Positions 26,571 through 38,625 of a stretch of 64,000 nt of DNA are shown one piece after another (the stretch's first letter is position 1; every line of letters starts with the position of its first letter). A program made the position numbers and the translations under genes. Source of the DNA: Kudoa neothunni (taxonomy: Eukaryota; Animalia; Cnidaria); the NCBI GenBank assembly GCA_964304625.1, contig OZ199838.1, forward strand, positions 16,909,469-16,973,468, written 5' to 3'. The notes beneath the pieces were generated by a model that worked only from the letters and a program-made list of their open reading frames with translations, searched no databases and was not told where the DNA came from.

Positions 26571-26597
26571 ACTATCATAAACATATGTATATATTAA

Positions 26598-28961
26598 CCC
26601 GTATAGACTATATGTTGCGATAACGCAAAAAAACTTTGTTGTTATTTTTCTCATATGTTAGTGGGTACGATGACACAACATTGATTTAGTTATTTAGAAG
26701 AATACATAAATTTTTTTTTTATAGAAAAAAATAACTTCTGCAATTTAAAATGTGACTATAATTAAATGTGCGAAAGGTCATCATTGAAGTGTTTTCATAT
26801 TCTTCCGTTTATTTCATAGCGTTAAACTCAATGATGCCAATAATTTAAAAATAATTAGATCATGATATGATAATTGTCCTTAAAATGATAGAAGCGATCT
26901 AAAAAGTTTCCTTCAAAGTTTAATATAAGGATCAATTTTTGTTGCGCAAACTTAACATATAATCTACGGCGGCAATTTTGTCATAAAATGGAGAACAAGC
27001 GTTATAATCTATACCTTGACGTAATAAATGAAATCGAAGAAAATGCGGATGAAAATCTGATCGATATAGTTATTATTCCTCCAGAAAGGGTTGATATTGC
27101 AACTGATAACGAAAGTACAAATGACAAAGACACGAATACTTTCAGCGATAATCAACTCAACAAAGAAATATCAAGTCAAGTGGAAGTAATTGATAGAGAT
27201 TTGGACGATATTGAAGACGAATTATTCTGTTGGGAGCTTAATGATTACTCAAACAGATCTGTATCCAATAGGGATCCAGATATTTCTCTGGAAGGTATAA
27301 ACAAAAGGGTTTTTATACATAATCTTAAGTATTTTATTAGATGGTTGTGACTTTTACTTGGATAAATTTGAACCCACGATTGTTGCAATGGATGAACGCG
27401 AGATTTTTGAATTGTTCTTTGACTCCAATGTCTTAAATTTGATTATTAAAGAAAGTGTCACATACGCCGGTCAAAATAACGGGATTGATTTTGACATTGA
27501 AAAAAATGAATTGATGAATTTTATTGGAATTTTGATATTGAGTGGTTATAACCGTCTTCCAAGACAACGAATGTATTGGGAAGAAGGTATGGATTGCGGT
27601 GTTGAAGCAGTAAAGAAATGTATGTCCTACAAAAGATTCACACAAATAAAAAAATATATTCACTTATGCGACAATAATTTACTTTCTGATGATGCATATA
27701 AAAATGATCGCTTTTTTAAGGTTAGAAATTATATGAACATCTTGAACAAAAACTTTCAACGATTCGGTTACTTTTCGAGATGTCTTTCCATCGACGAACA
27801 AATGATACCTTATTTTGGACATCATTCCGCAAAAATGTATATAAAAGGTAAACCAATCAAATTTGGTTTTAAATGTTGGTGTCTATGTTCGTAAGATGGC
27901 TATGTCTTCTCCACAGACATTTATTGTGGAAAAGGAACAAACATAGATAAGAAATTAGGGTTAGGTGGTAGTGTCGTAAAAAACTTTGTGAAATTGGCCG
28001 AATATCCTAGACTTCACGAGTTTTATTTCGACAATTTCTTCACTTCAGTGGGACTTTTAAACTATTTGTCTTTTTTAAACGTAAAAGCCACCGGAACGGT
28101 TCGATAAAATAGGACCCTGAAGTGTCCATTTGCATGCGATACAGTTTTCAAAAAAGAAAATCGTGGTTTTTTTGAATCATACAATGTCAACAAAGTGATG
28201 CTGGTTAAATGGAATGATACCAGGCCAGTTATTATAGGGACAAATTTTGATCAAATTGAACCAATAAAGAATGCCAGAAGGTATTCTAAGGGTAATAAAA
28301 GAGATGTGTATATTCCAATGCCAAACGTTATTGCCACCTACAGAATTTCAATAGCTGGAAAAACGTGATATTGGAATATATTTTGCAATTATATCGATAT
28401 GGCAGTTTCAAATTCACAACAAATATTTAAATTGCTCCATCCTGATACTGGGGATTCCCTTATGTTTCGAAGAACGCTTGTGTCAAAACTTTTGACTGTC
28501 AAATTCGATACAACAAGAAAACGCATGTCCTCAGTACCTTTCCAATTTACACGCAATTTATGTAGCGATAAAACTATTGAGCGACGTACGGATGAAAAAA
28601 GAGCAAGATGCAAAATTTGCAAGTCCAATACTGTGTTTGTTTGTCGTGGTTGCTGTTTGCCATGTCACCCTACTTGTTTTAACAAACTTCATTAACTGGC
28701 ACCTTACACTCAATTATTTTATTATTTTCATGCTTGTTTTTTTTAAAACAAAGTTATGTATACGATTATAAATAAATTTAATCCATTAATCCCTATGGTC
28801 GCTGTAGATTATATGTTGCGTTAACGCAACATGTTAAAGAGTATGTTAAAACAAAGATATTTTTATTATTTTAAAATATATAATTCACAAATGTATTCTG
28901 AGAGTATATACAAAATTATAGCTCTATAACTTAAGGACAAAGGGTACCGAGTCTATATGGG
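26598..28961 (+). mobile_element. piggyBac element with both ends and an inactivated transposase
   Basis: TTAA TSDs (26594-26597, 28962-28965); TIR CCCRTATAGACT; subterminal TATATGTTGCG..AACGCAA repeats. Transposase 26988-28695 with SIDEQMIPYFG, KPIKFGFK, FDNFFTS and C-terminal CKIC..CRGC..CH..CF; in-frame stops at 27892 and about 28105; deletion of the GGVD motif near 28342; 46-nt intron 27295-27340. Confidence 0.93.
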
Positions 28962-30020
28962 TTAACTCTCTAAACATCTTCGTACGTTAGGCAACCATCA
29001 CCCCAAACTCTATCCATAAAGATTTTTCCTCTACAGAAATTCCAAGCCTATTGGTGCATCCACGATGATGCAAAACGTCTAATTCAACCTCCTCCGCCAA
29101 TTCGAACCTTTATTGTGGCTTAAATTTCACTTTAATGCAATCTTACCCTAACAATGACTCGTATTAGGGGGTAAAATCACTCGTACGGAAACAGTAGACT
29201 GATTAACAACAGTAATCGAATCCAGTCATCACACCAATTGGCTCTATGTCCTCAGCAGAATACAAAGTTTAAAAATGGTGAGTGATGAGGTGAGTCCGTG
29301 GACATTTATTTTATTTTCGATAATATTTAACGCCAATTAGCAACAATCATAATAAAGTAAGTGACTTTGGTACGTAAAAGGCAATTTATGCTCTTTAATG
29401 AATCACTAAAGATAGATAGTATCGAAATGCATTATTGAAGTATATTCACAACTCAGCTAATTATTAGAAGACAAATCTTATGTCCCTTATCAATGTATTT
29501 AATTTTAAAAATACTTTAGTTAATATGAATTGAATTTTTCGATATAATAAAAACGATTAACAAAAATAATCCACAAATCAAATTCCATTCTACGTAAGCG
29601 CAAACAATGGCATGTGTCACATGTGAATGGACAAAACCAAAATTTTGACTGGCCTAATAAATCTAATATCAGAGCGAATTCAATTGTCCCTGAAAACTCG
29701 CAAAAATCTACTACCAAATTACTTATTAAACACGCACTAACATTCACTATAACTTCCCAGCTCCTTCGCTAGAGTTTGCTAATCGTAAATTATCTCTGCT
29801 ATATCATTAAGCTATTTTAGGGTGAAAAAATTCGCCATTGCCAATATTATACTACACAAAAGTGGATTTGAATATAAATCCTGGCAGGTGTTTTCTTAAC
29901 AACTAGCTAATAAATACGATAAATACGAGCTAGAAAATTATAAAATTAACGCTGAAACTATACTCATAGAGTAACACTAATGAAATCAAGTTGTCACAGC
30001 TGTTATTCTATCTAGTTAAA

Positions 30021-31003
30021 TCAAACTTTTTGGAAAGCAGCAATATCAACGGATTGAACGTGATCTTCGAAACTGGCAATCTGTTCTTCGAGATCATCGG
30101 TTGAAATCTAAAAACAAACAATATAAATGACACACGAAAATATTTCAACAACTTTAGCATCTTCTATCTCAGCTGAGACGACCAATTTCTTTAGACCGAA
30201 ACAAATATCCTGAAATTGGGCTAAAAATTATGAGTTAAATGGCCGAACAAATCCAAAGAATAGGATTTACTTTCTCCCCAAATAAGACCTTCTTGTTTAA
30301 TACCAATAACCATTTTTTTCAATTCCTCAAGATCTACAGTTGAAAATGTGATTAAAAATAAATAGGATAGGGTGCTCCAATGGGCGAACAAAGCAAAGAA
30401 TATGATATGATACCAGTTTCATCATCTATGGGTTTAATATCAAAAACAATTGTAGATTTAGCGATAACGGCAGCTTCTATCAGTATCAAAAAGGAGTTGA
30501 TTGGTTCAGAACCATAAACTATCTATTACTTGCTTTCTTGGCAGCTTTGGCCTTCTCGAGTGAAGCTTTTGCAGCAGCAGCAGCAGCAGCGTCCTCATCC
30601 TAACGAACGTTAAGATTAAACAGGAATACTTGGAACCAGTTAAGTAAAATACATCATCTCCAAAAAGATCAAAATCATCATCATTAGCAGCTGGTTTGGA
30701 GGCTTTGGACGATTCTTCAGGTTTGTAATTTATCAGATCAGTGGGAACTTCTTTTTTACCACCGAACGCAGCAATCTCGCTGGTTGAATAAGATGTGATG
30801 TGTTTATACCAACGTTTCGCGTTTGTTTTATTGGAAGAATCTAGTTCAGACTTTGAAACATTTTCATACACAGCCAAATCAGCCAATGAAGGTGAAAATC
30901 TATTTTTTTCATTATCCAATTGAATATAATTGATTTAATACCCTAATATGTAGCTTCTGAAAAGCAAATATTGGTCCAATAATTCAAGAGTGAATGAAGC
31001 CAT
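30021..31003 (-). CDS. EEF1B2: Elongation factor 1-beta
   Basis: MASFTLELLDQYLLFRSYILG..FSPSLAD, RWYKHI, DDDFDLFGDD, AKSTIVFDIKPIDDETDL, GLIWG, FGLKKL, STDDLEEQI...VQSVDIAAFQKV-stop; six short GT-AG introns. Confidence 0.95.
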
Positions 31004-31561
31004 TGGTGAACACGTTTCCTGCCTTTCGTTCTTTTTCGTCTGTCGTCAATATTCCTGTAATTGTTTGATGTGTGATGTGTTGTGTAGGATTTTGTTAATT
31101 TTTACAAAACAACAGATATATAAATAAATCAATGATCAAAATTAAAATATTTAAAAAATAATTTTACTTCCTTCGATATACATAGTCTGAAAATTAGTTT
31201 ACACACTTATATTGACGTGAAATAGTTCAAGAACTTTATCTACATTTTTTAAGATAATTCATTCTTCGTAACCTCAATATATCATTGATAATTGTAAAGG
31301 CTGGGATTATTGGTACAATAAATCTTAATCCTACATTGCATTTGCGCTTGCGCATTGTGGTATTTTAATCCTTGCAGTTTCTACTCACATGCTGAGTAAA
31401 AATTTAAACATTTAGAATTTGTTATATTTAATTATTTATAACCCTTCTCGAGTTTTTAATGGTTAGGTATGATTAAATTCAGTCAAAATCAGAGACACTT
31501 AAGTATAATTTATAATGCAAATAGAAACAAACTTCCGTTTTTTACAGCAGTGCGCTCCGAT

Positions 31562-31610
31562 TAGGGGTTAAGACGGTTCGGTCTCGGTTATTTTAAAAAC
31601 GGTTTTCGGC
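31562..31610 (+). mobile_element. Orphan hAT-like terminus
   Basis: TAGGGGTTAAGACGGTTCGGTCTCGGTT with CGGTT repeats, similar to the reverse complement of the hAT end at 541-567. Confidence 0.5.
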
Positions 31611-31712
31611 TTTATAAATAATTTTTCCAATTGTCAATGTCAATTTTTTTCATGCAAAAAATATCTAAAAATATTGTCGATTGAAATCTCAATTTAGTTG
31701 TTCTTTGTTCAG

Positions 31713-34133
31713 CCTTCCAAGTAACACAAAATTGGGCACCTTCCGAATAACAATGCAATGGGGTGAAAAAAAGACCCCAAAGGTTTTTTGCATGTCTCAC
31801 AACCTTAGGATATTTACTAACCAAAGGTGAAATAATATTGTAAAATTTGTAGGTTTTCCATATTATTTTCACGTTTTTAATTTATCGCGCATGTGCATAT
31901 GTACACATTGTCTATATATAGCGCGATTGTCGAAATGTAAAATTACTGTTTCTAGAACTCTCAGAAAATGCAAAAAATCCATTAAACTAACTATAATTGG
32001 TTTATTGAAAAAAATAAATTTTTGCATTTTTATTACGTAACATTGGCAATATAAGATTAATACAGTAAACTACACAAGCGTTTATTTCATTGAATAATTT
32101 CTATTTTAATGCCATTGTTTAGCAGTAAATAAGTTAAGTTTAAAATTTATTTGATATATAGAAAATAATTGAACAACTATAGTAAACTAACGTATAATCT
32201 TGTGAACAAATTAATTAAAATTTATGTTATAAATAAAAATCTTTGCAAGAATAAGTTGCATGTTCTTTGCAACATGGGCGCTTATAGAAATCACATGTGA
32301 TGGTCGTTTTTTTATCTTTGTCTCAACGACACCAGATACCAGATACGTCTTTTTCGCAATATTTTCCAACGGAATGTCGAGGATTTATGGAACCTGTACG
32401 CTCTATTAACTGTGGAATTTTGCTTTCCTTAATGTTTAATGGTTAAGGTAATTCAAAAGCGACTTTTTTCAAAAAGTCTCTTCTTTTAATATTTGGTTCG
32501 TTAAATATCTCCTTGTGAACTACAAATGCATTTACAAGTGAGATATCAATCATGTTGTAAAACAACTAACCGCCATCTTCTGGTGAATCGTCTCACTGAA
32601 ACCGATGCCAACAAACGATCTACAGTGTCAACGCCTCCTTTAGTAGCATTATAGTGTAGGATAACATCTGGCTTATGAAGAAACATTCTAGAAAGTTTTG
32701 TGTTATGGTTGAATGTACACAATACACAATAGGGGGATATTCTTATTTTTCTTTCTGTTGAAAACAAATTTTGATTCATTTACCGGGGTTCTTCTATTAG
32801 GGAGGAGGAATGGTGGCATATCTCGTTTGTTTTTACGAATTGTACCAATTATAGTCATTCTTCCTTTGATCAATTCATCCGTTAAAGGAATCTATGTAAA
32901 ATAATTATCGCAAACCAAATTGTATCTTGAACCGATTAGATTTTCAGTTAATTTGAGAGCAATATTCCTACCAACATCATGAATTTTGGCATCAGTCGAA
33001 CATTTCTTAAAAATATATGCATCCATATTTAATACATATGAAGTTTGTGGATCTAATAGTAACAAAACTTTTAACCCATATTTCGCAGGTTTATTCTTTA
33101 TGTATTGTGTGAAGGAGCAGTTACCCCTAAAGGATACCAACTGCTCATCAAGACACACATCAAACGCTGGATTATAACTTTTGCTCGCAATATTGACCCA
33201 GATCTCTCTAATGGAGAAAAATTTATCCAAGAATTTTCTCTGCTCTCTTGTGTTTGTGTCGTCAAAATGGATCGCTCTGGTTAATTGTCTAAATCTCCGC
33301 AGAGAAAATTATCTTTGTATATTTACCTGCCTTCAGTAGAACTAAACAAATCAACTAATGGTTCTTGACGATATTTATGGATAGCCATATATAATATACA
33401 TCCAATAAAGCCATTTAGTTCATCAATGTCAACGTTTTCCCATAATGATTATTCCCATATTGGTTGGTAAATTAAATGATTTTATTCATTATTTCGAAGG
33501 GGGAAATGGTGAAAACATCCAGCGATATTAAAAATTCTTTGAATGGCGTATGGAGTCACATCTCGTTTAAGATTTATCATGTTTTCCGTTGCATCTTTTG
33601 TTTTTCTCGGTTTCACGGCGCTCCACAAATTATTATTTTTATCAGCGAGGGAATCAGCATATTCGCAAATCATGGATTCATCTTCAACGACTTCATTTTC
33701 AGACCCCCATGTATATACCAAATCCAATGTATCGAGGTCAGATTCATCGGTAATATCATCGCTACTTGCTAAAAAATACTCCATCGCCATTAAAACAATA
33801 TTTTCGCACTCGGGTTGGTTTTAAGTATTTGTCATTTTTCAACATGAAGCTACTCTTCAATTTAAGTTTGCCTTTATTTTTGGAATTACTGAATTATATA
33901 GTGTTGTAATAACAAATAAAAATCTGAGGTTTTTTCACTCCATGTTATTTGATGTATTATATTGTTTAAATATTAGTATAAAATATGGAAATCTCTTTAA
34001 TTATTATATTTTTATATATGTTTGTATTTTAGGAGAATACTAGAAATTTAAGCTTTGGCAATTATTTATAATTCGAGAAAATCGGGGTTTAAATCGCTCT
34101 GGGGTCTTTTTTCACCCCATGTTACTTAGAAGG
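31713..34133 (-). mobile_element. piggyBac element (PGBD4-like), degenerate
   Basis: TIR CCTTCYAAGTAACA at 31713 and inverted at 34120-34133 (TTAA at 34134; the left flank is TCAG); internal inverted repeat ATGGGGTGAAAAAAGACCCC at about 31758 and 34101-34120; transposase motifs LDEQLVSFRG, KPAKYGLK, DNYFT, YNATKGGVDTVD. Confidence 0.88.
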
Positions 34134-37100
34134 TTAAACATGACCGTAAAAACATATGGCAGCTTTATATTAACGGATGAAAAAATATTAGTCTGACTTT
34201 TAAAATATTTTGGAGAGGAATTAGAACCTTAATCTATCAAAAATAGATAACCTCTATGGTAAACTTGCTGTTGTTCCCCGATGGCCGAGTGAAACATCTT
34301 GGGCAAGATCAGGCCATATTTTGTTCATCTCTGTTCTCGATTCTTCTAGGAAACCTTAGAAGGATCCGAAACGTTAAAAAGATTTTTATATAAAACACAA
34401 TATTTTAATTTATTTGTAATGTTGAGAAGTTAATGCTTTAATATAATTATTTATGTTGGGGTCAAAAATAATAATAATAATATAATTGTTTCATACAAAA
34501 TGACATATATAGGATAGAATTTACAACAACATATTATATGTTTTCATGGTGATCAATATAGCTTTTAAGAAGTGAACTTTTCTCTGGAGTCACTTTTTAC
34601 CCCAAACTCAGCATGAGTGTTAAACACTCGATAATTAACATTACATCGTGCATATTTAGGTCCCCTTATCAGTATCGTATATTATGATTTGAGAAAAAAG
34701 TTTCTAATATATTAAAGTTTATTTCTTTCCAAAAAGTCTTAATTTAAAACAAAGAATTAAAAGATTCAATGAACAGCTAAATATTACAAAAATCACTCTC
34801 TACGAATATATTTAATTTATAGATTCCTGAAATTATTACACAAAATATCATTTCTCAATTTTAATTAAATAAACTATTAAAAACTCTGTACGATAATAAA
34901 GATACTTTATTTGATCAATTTATACTTGGACCAAAAAGGGACCCATTGAGCCGTTGTGTAATATTTTTTGGTGAGCTTTCTAAAGTTAATTAAAGATTAT
35001 CTATTCAAATACATGATTACTTAATTCCATATATGTTTTAAAAAACATCTAATTATTTATTACTTGAAATTTTTTATAAGATAAATCATTAAAAATATAT
35101 TTAACGGTGTAAATATTTCATAAAACGGTCCTAGAGGTAAACACTGGTTATTTTGGTTAGGTCCACGCGTGAGCCTCATAATGAGTATATGGGTTAAAGA
35201 ATATCGCAGATTTTTTAAGTTGTAAATTCACCGTTAAATATCTATCGAAAAATACAACAAAATTATGATATTATTATAAATAAAACATATTTGGTGGTTA
35301 GCAACTTATTATTTTAATGAATGATTTGATTATAGCGTTCTAATATTTTTCAAATAATCAAAATCTTCTGAATGACAATCATATTCAGTCAAAAATTTTA
35401 CGAATATTCCAATTCTTTATAAATTATAAAGAATCTCTGCTATGAGATATTATTCTATCGAAAATACACCGATTTTATTTATAATCCGAAACGTTACTAT
35501 TGAGAAGGTGATACATAACTCTTTAATATTTAGATTTGATTAAATCATATTTTAACAAACGATTCATGAAGTAAAGTGTATTTAATAAAAAATCTTAATA
35601 ATTTCTAATTCTGAGGTTAAAAGTAAACATTTATATAAATTTGATATGCGCTATGCTAAAGGTTATTTTTAATTTCAAAACCCCTTCTCATCGTTTGCTA
35701 TTCTTCTATAAAGTATGTTATTTATCTCAGAAAAAGGATTATCACGTTTTATCGATTAATTTGAAAATTATTACATAAAATAATTAATTATATTTTTAAC
35801 CCTAAAGGAGACCAGGAATAAGAGATTAACCGTTTGGAATTCAATTAATTGGAAAATAATAAAAAAATTATATATCTAACATTTAATATATTAGATAAAG
35901 TTTCCGTTTTTATGAAAATTATTTTATGTGCCCAAAGGAAGACAAATTTAATGTTTCCTCATAGTTTTTATTCAAAAGTTAAACTTCTAGGTAAATAACA
36001 GAAAAACGTATTTATTTAGTTGCATCTTTGCAAACACGTAACCTTCGTGATATTTACGTTTCTAATTGATTTGTAGAATAATTTTATATTTTTTGAATTA
36101 ATAGTTTTATTACATTTCGATTTCTTAAAATTGCACAAAATATTGAAGTACTGAATTGACTATTCACATAACAGTCTTGTTTAATAGATATTGGTCTTCA
36201 CCTTGATTTTAGATTTCCCGTACAAGTCTTAATATATAGTATCTCTCCTCTCATTAATCAAAAAAAATTTTTCGTTTCGGTTTTTATTAAATAAATATTT
36301 CACTGTTATAATCTCAAGACTTAATTAGATTGTTTTTAGATTATATGAAAATTGACTATATACAAAACTTCCATACATTCTTATAAAAAAGCCAGAATGA
36401 TCGAAAATACTTTGTATAAGAAAGACTTAAGACCTCTTAAATTGCAGAATAGGAAGCTCGATATTCATTAAACTAATAAGGGTTAATTACTAAAGTATAT
36501 TCAGAATTTTAGGGTAATTCACAGCGGAAAAGTTCTCAAACAAGACAAAGGATAAACACGCAAATCATTAATATTAGCAGAAGCATGCGAGAATATTTGT
36601 TACTTTGATACAACGATAGAACACAACGTTGCTTAAAAGTAACATTCACTATAGCCTAGCTCTGGCAGTTATGTTGCTTATGCAGTAAACTGTGGCGAGC
36701 CGGCGTCAATTAAATATGCAAGAGAACAAAAAAACACTAGCGCAAACGCAATCGGGTAGAGGCAGTTGCGCAGGTGCCACGTTTGTATACCTATTGTGCA
36801 CGTGATGTTTCGATCTAACTCGTGACAACTCGCGAAACTTGTGTTTTTTCGCTTTTCCCCAATATACTCATACTACTACAATTAGTTTATTTTACTTTGT
36901 CTATTTAAATAAAAAGATAACTAAAAATTTTTTAAAACATAATTCTTGTTGAATATCTAGCTAGATTATGGGTACCTATTTAAATTTCACATGATATTTT
37001 GTTATATCATTGAAGGGGAACTAATTTTAAACTTACGAATTATTGACAAGGGATGTTTAAATATATTGGAAAGATTGCTGTCTCCTGAAAAATCTATACG

Positions 37101-37759
37101 TGACGTATTTAACCCTCTAAAAACGCAAGCAAACTATCCTCCAATTACTTTGGGGTCGATATGACCCCAGATTTTTATTTGATAAATTTGATAAGCAAAT
37201 TTTTATAAACTTACTGATAAATTTTGGAAGTTTTCCTATGGGCACATTTCCGAATAAACCGATAATAAATAGTGGAATTAATCCGCTTAAATCGCGTTCG
37301 CAACATCGCTCCCCTCGTCACCCGCTGTCGTTAAATTAACATTTTCAAGAATATCCGCTTTTAGGATAAAAAAATTGCACAGATAATTATAAAACCTGTG
37401 ACACCTGGAAAACACCCTTTTGCGCATACTTTAATCGCCAATTTTGTACGATTCTTTTTAATAACATAAATAAATATGGAGAGAAAAAACTCAGCTTTAA
37501 AAAATAACATCTAAATTTTAGCCAAATTCCACCTCAAGTGACATCGTCCCCGCGTGTAATCTTCCATTTTTTATAAAAACTTACCTATTGCATAAGTCGT
37601 TACACATTTTAACATGTTAGTAGCACAAAATCACTTAAATTATTTTTATACATTAAGAAATAAATAGATTAACTATTTATTCGTTTTTGTTTTCCACATT
37701 CTATTCCGAATTGGGATAGGATTCCTAAGTTTTAAAGGTGGTTTAACTTTTTTTGTTTG

Positions 37760-38460
37760 TTATTGATTATGAAATATTTTTTCATACATTCGTACCTACA
37801 AGTTAATGAACAGAGCTCCAAATCGTTGCAATAATTGCAGACATTTCAATTGTTTGATTCCAAGAAATTGGAACAGAAACGTTATCCGGCCGATAACTAA
37901 ACAGTCTGCGTATGACACAAATAATGTGGATCATTCTTTCAGAAACTTAAGTGAAATTTACCTCAATTTACTGCTTTTAAAAACAATAAGTGTAAAACTA
38001 ATCCCCCCAAATATGAAACCTTTTTTTCAAACTCTGTTATAGATGGTTCTTCTCAAAACTTCATGCAAAAAATTTTTTTAAATATTATATCTTTGGTACA
38101 TGAATGAAACCATTTTAACTACCGATAAAAATGATAAGATTGTCAACAGTTTCAACGTGGTTGAAAAAAACTGCGAGTACTCCACTAATCACCCATCGAA
38201 AAATAAATAAATTTCTTCTATCATCAAAAGAGAAATTCAGAAGGGGTCAACCATATCCAGTGACGAATGGCCCGTCTATAATGGTATACGTGAGCTTGGC
38301 TATGATCACGTCAAGATTAATCACTCGAAAGAATACGTACAACATGGTTCCCACATAAATACTATAGAATGATGCTGGGGGAGACTAAAAATAAAATTTT
38401 TTCGCGTAAATCGGGGGGTGTCATTCTCATACCTTGAGGAATACCTTATTTAAAAAAGAT
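37760..38460 (+). mobile_element. Merlin/ISXO2 (IS1595-like) transposase remnant
   Basis: IQKGSTISSDEWPVYNG...GYDHVKINHSKEYV..GSHINTIE*CWGRLK; upstream CNNC zinc-finger fragment. Confidence 0.8.
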
Positions 38461-38625
38461 ACCGATTTATCATGTGTGAAGAAATAAATCTTCTCACAAC
38501 ACTTAAAAACAATTTATCTTTGTTTTAATTAAGTTATTATAAATCTGTTGTTGGAAATATTCAGATTTTAGTCTTTTTTTCTATGCTCAAAAAGTCGATG
38601 TTAACATAAATGGGAAAATAAACTA

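Noticed and set aside
27892-28110. In-frame TAA codons in an otherwise clean piggyBac ORF, suggesting stop-codon reassignment
   Set aside because: Conserved genes here end in TAA, TAG or TGA and have no internal stops; the same element also has a deletion and a TGA, so it is simply decayed.
34270-34320. tRNA-like A-box (ATGGCCGAGTG)
   Set aside because: No B-box or cloverleaf can be formed.
34340-34376. Possible minimal hammerhead ribozyme (...AGAAGGATCCGAAACGTT)
   Set aside because: The required CUGANGA core is absent (CCTTAGA) and no supporting stems or Penelope ORF are visible.
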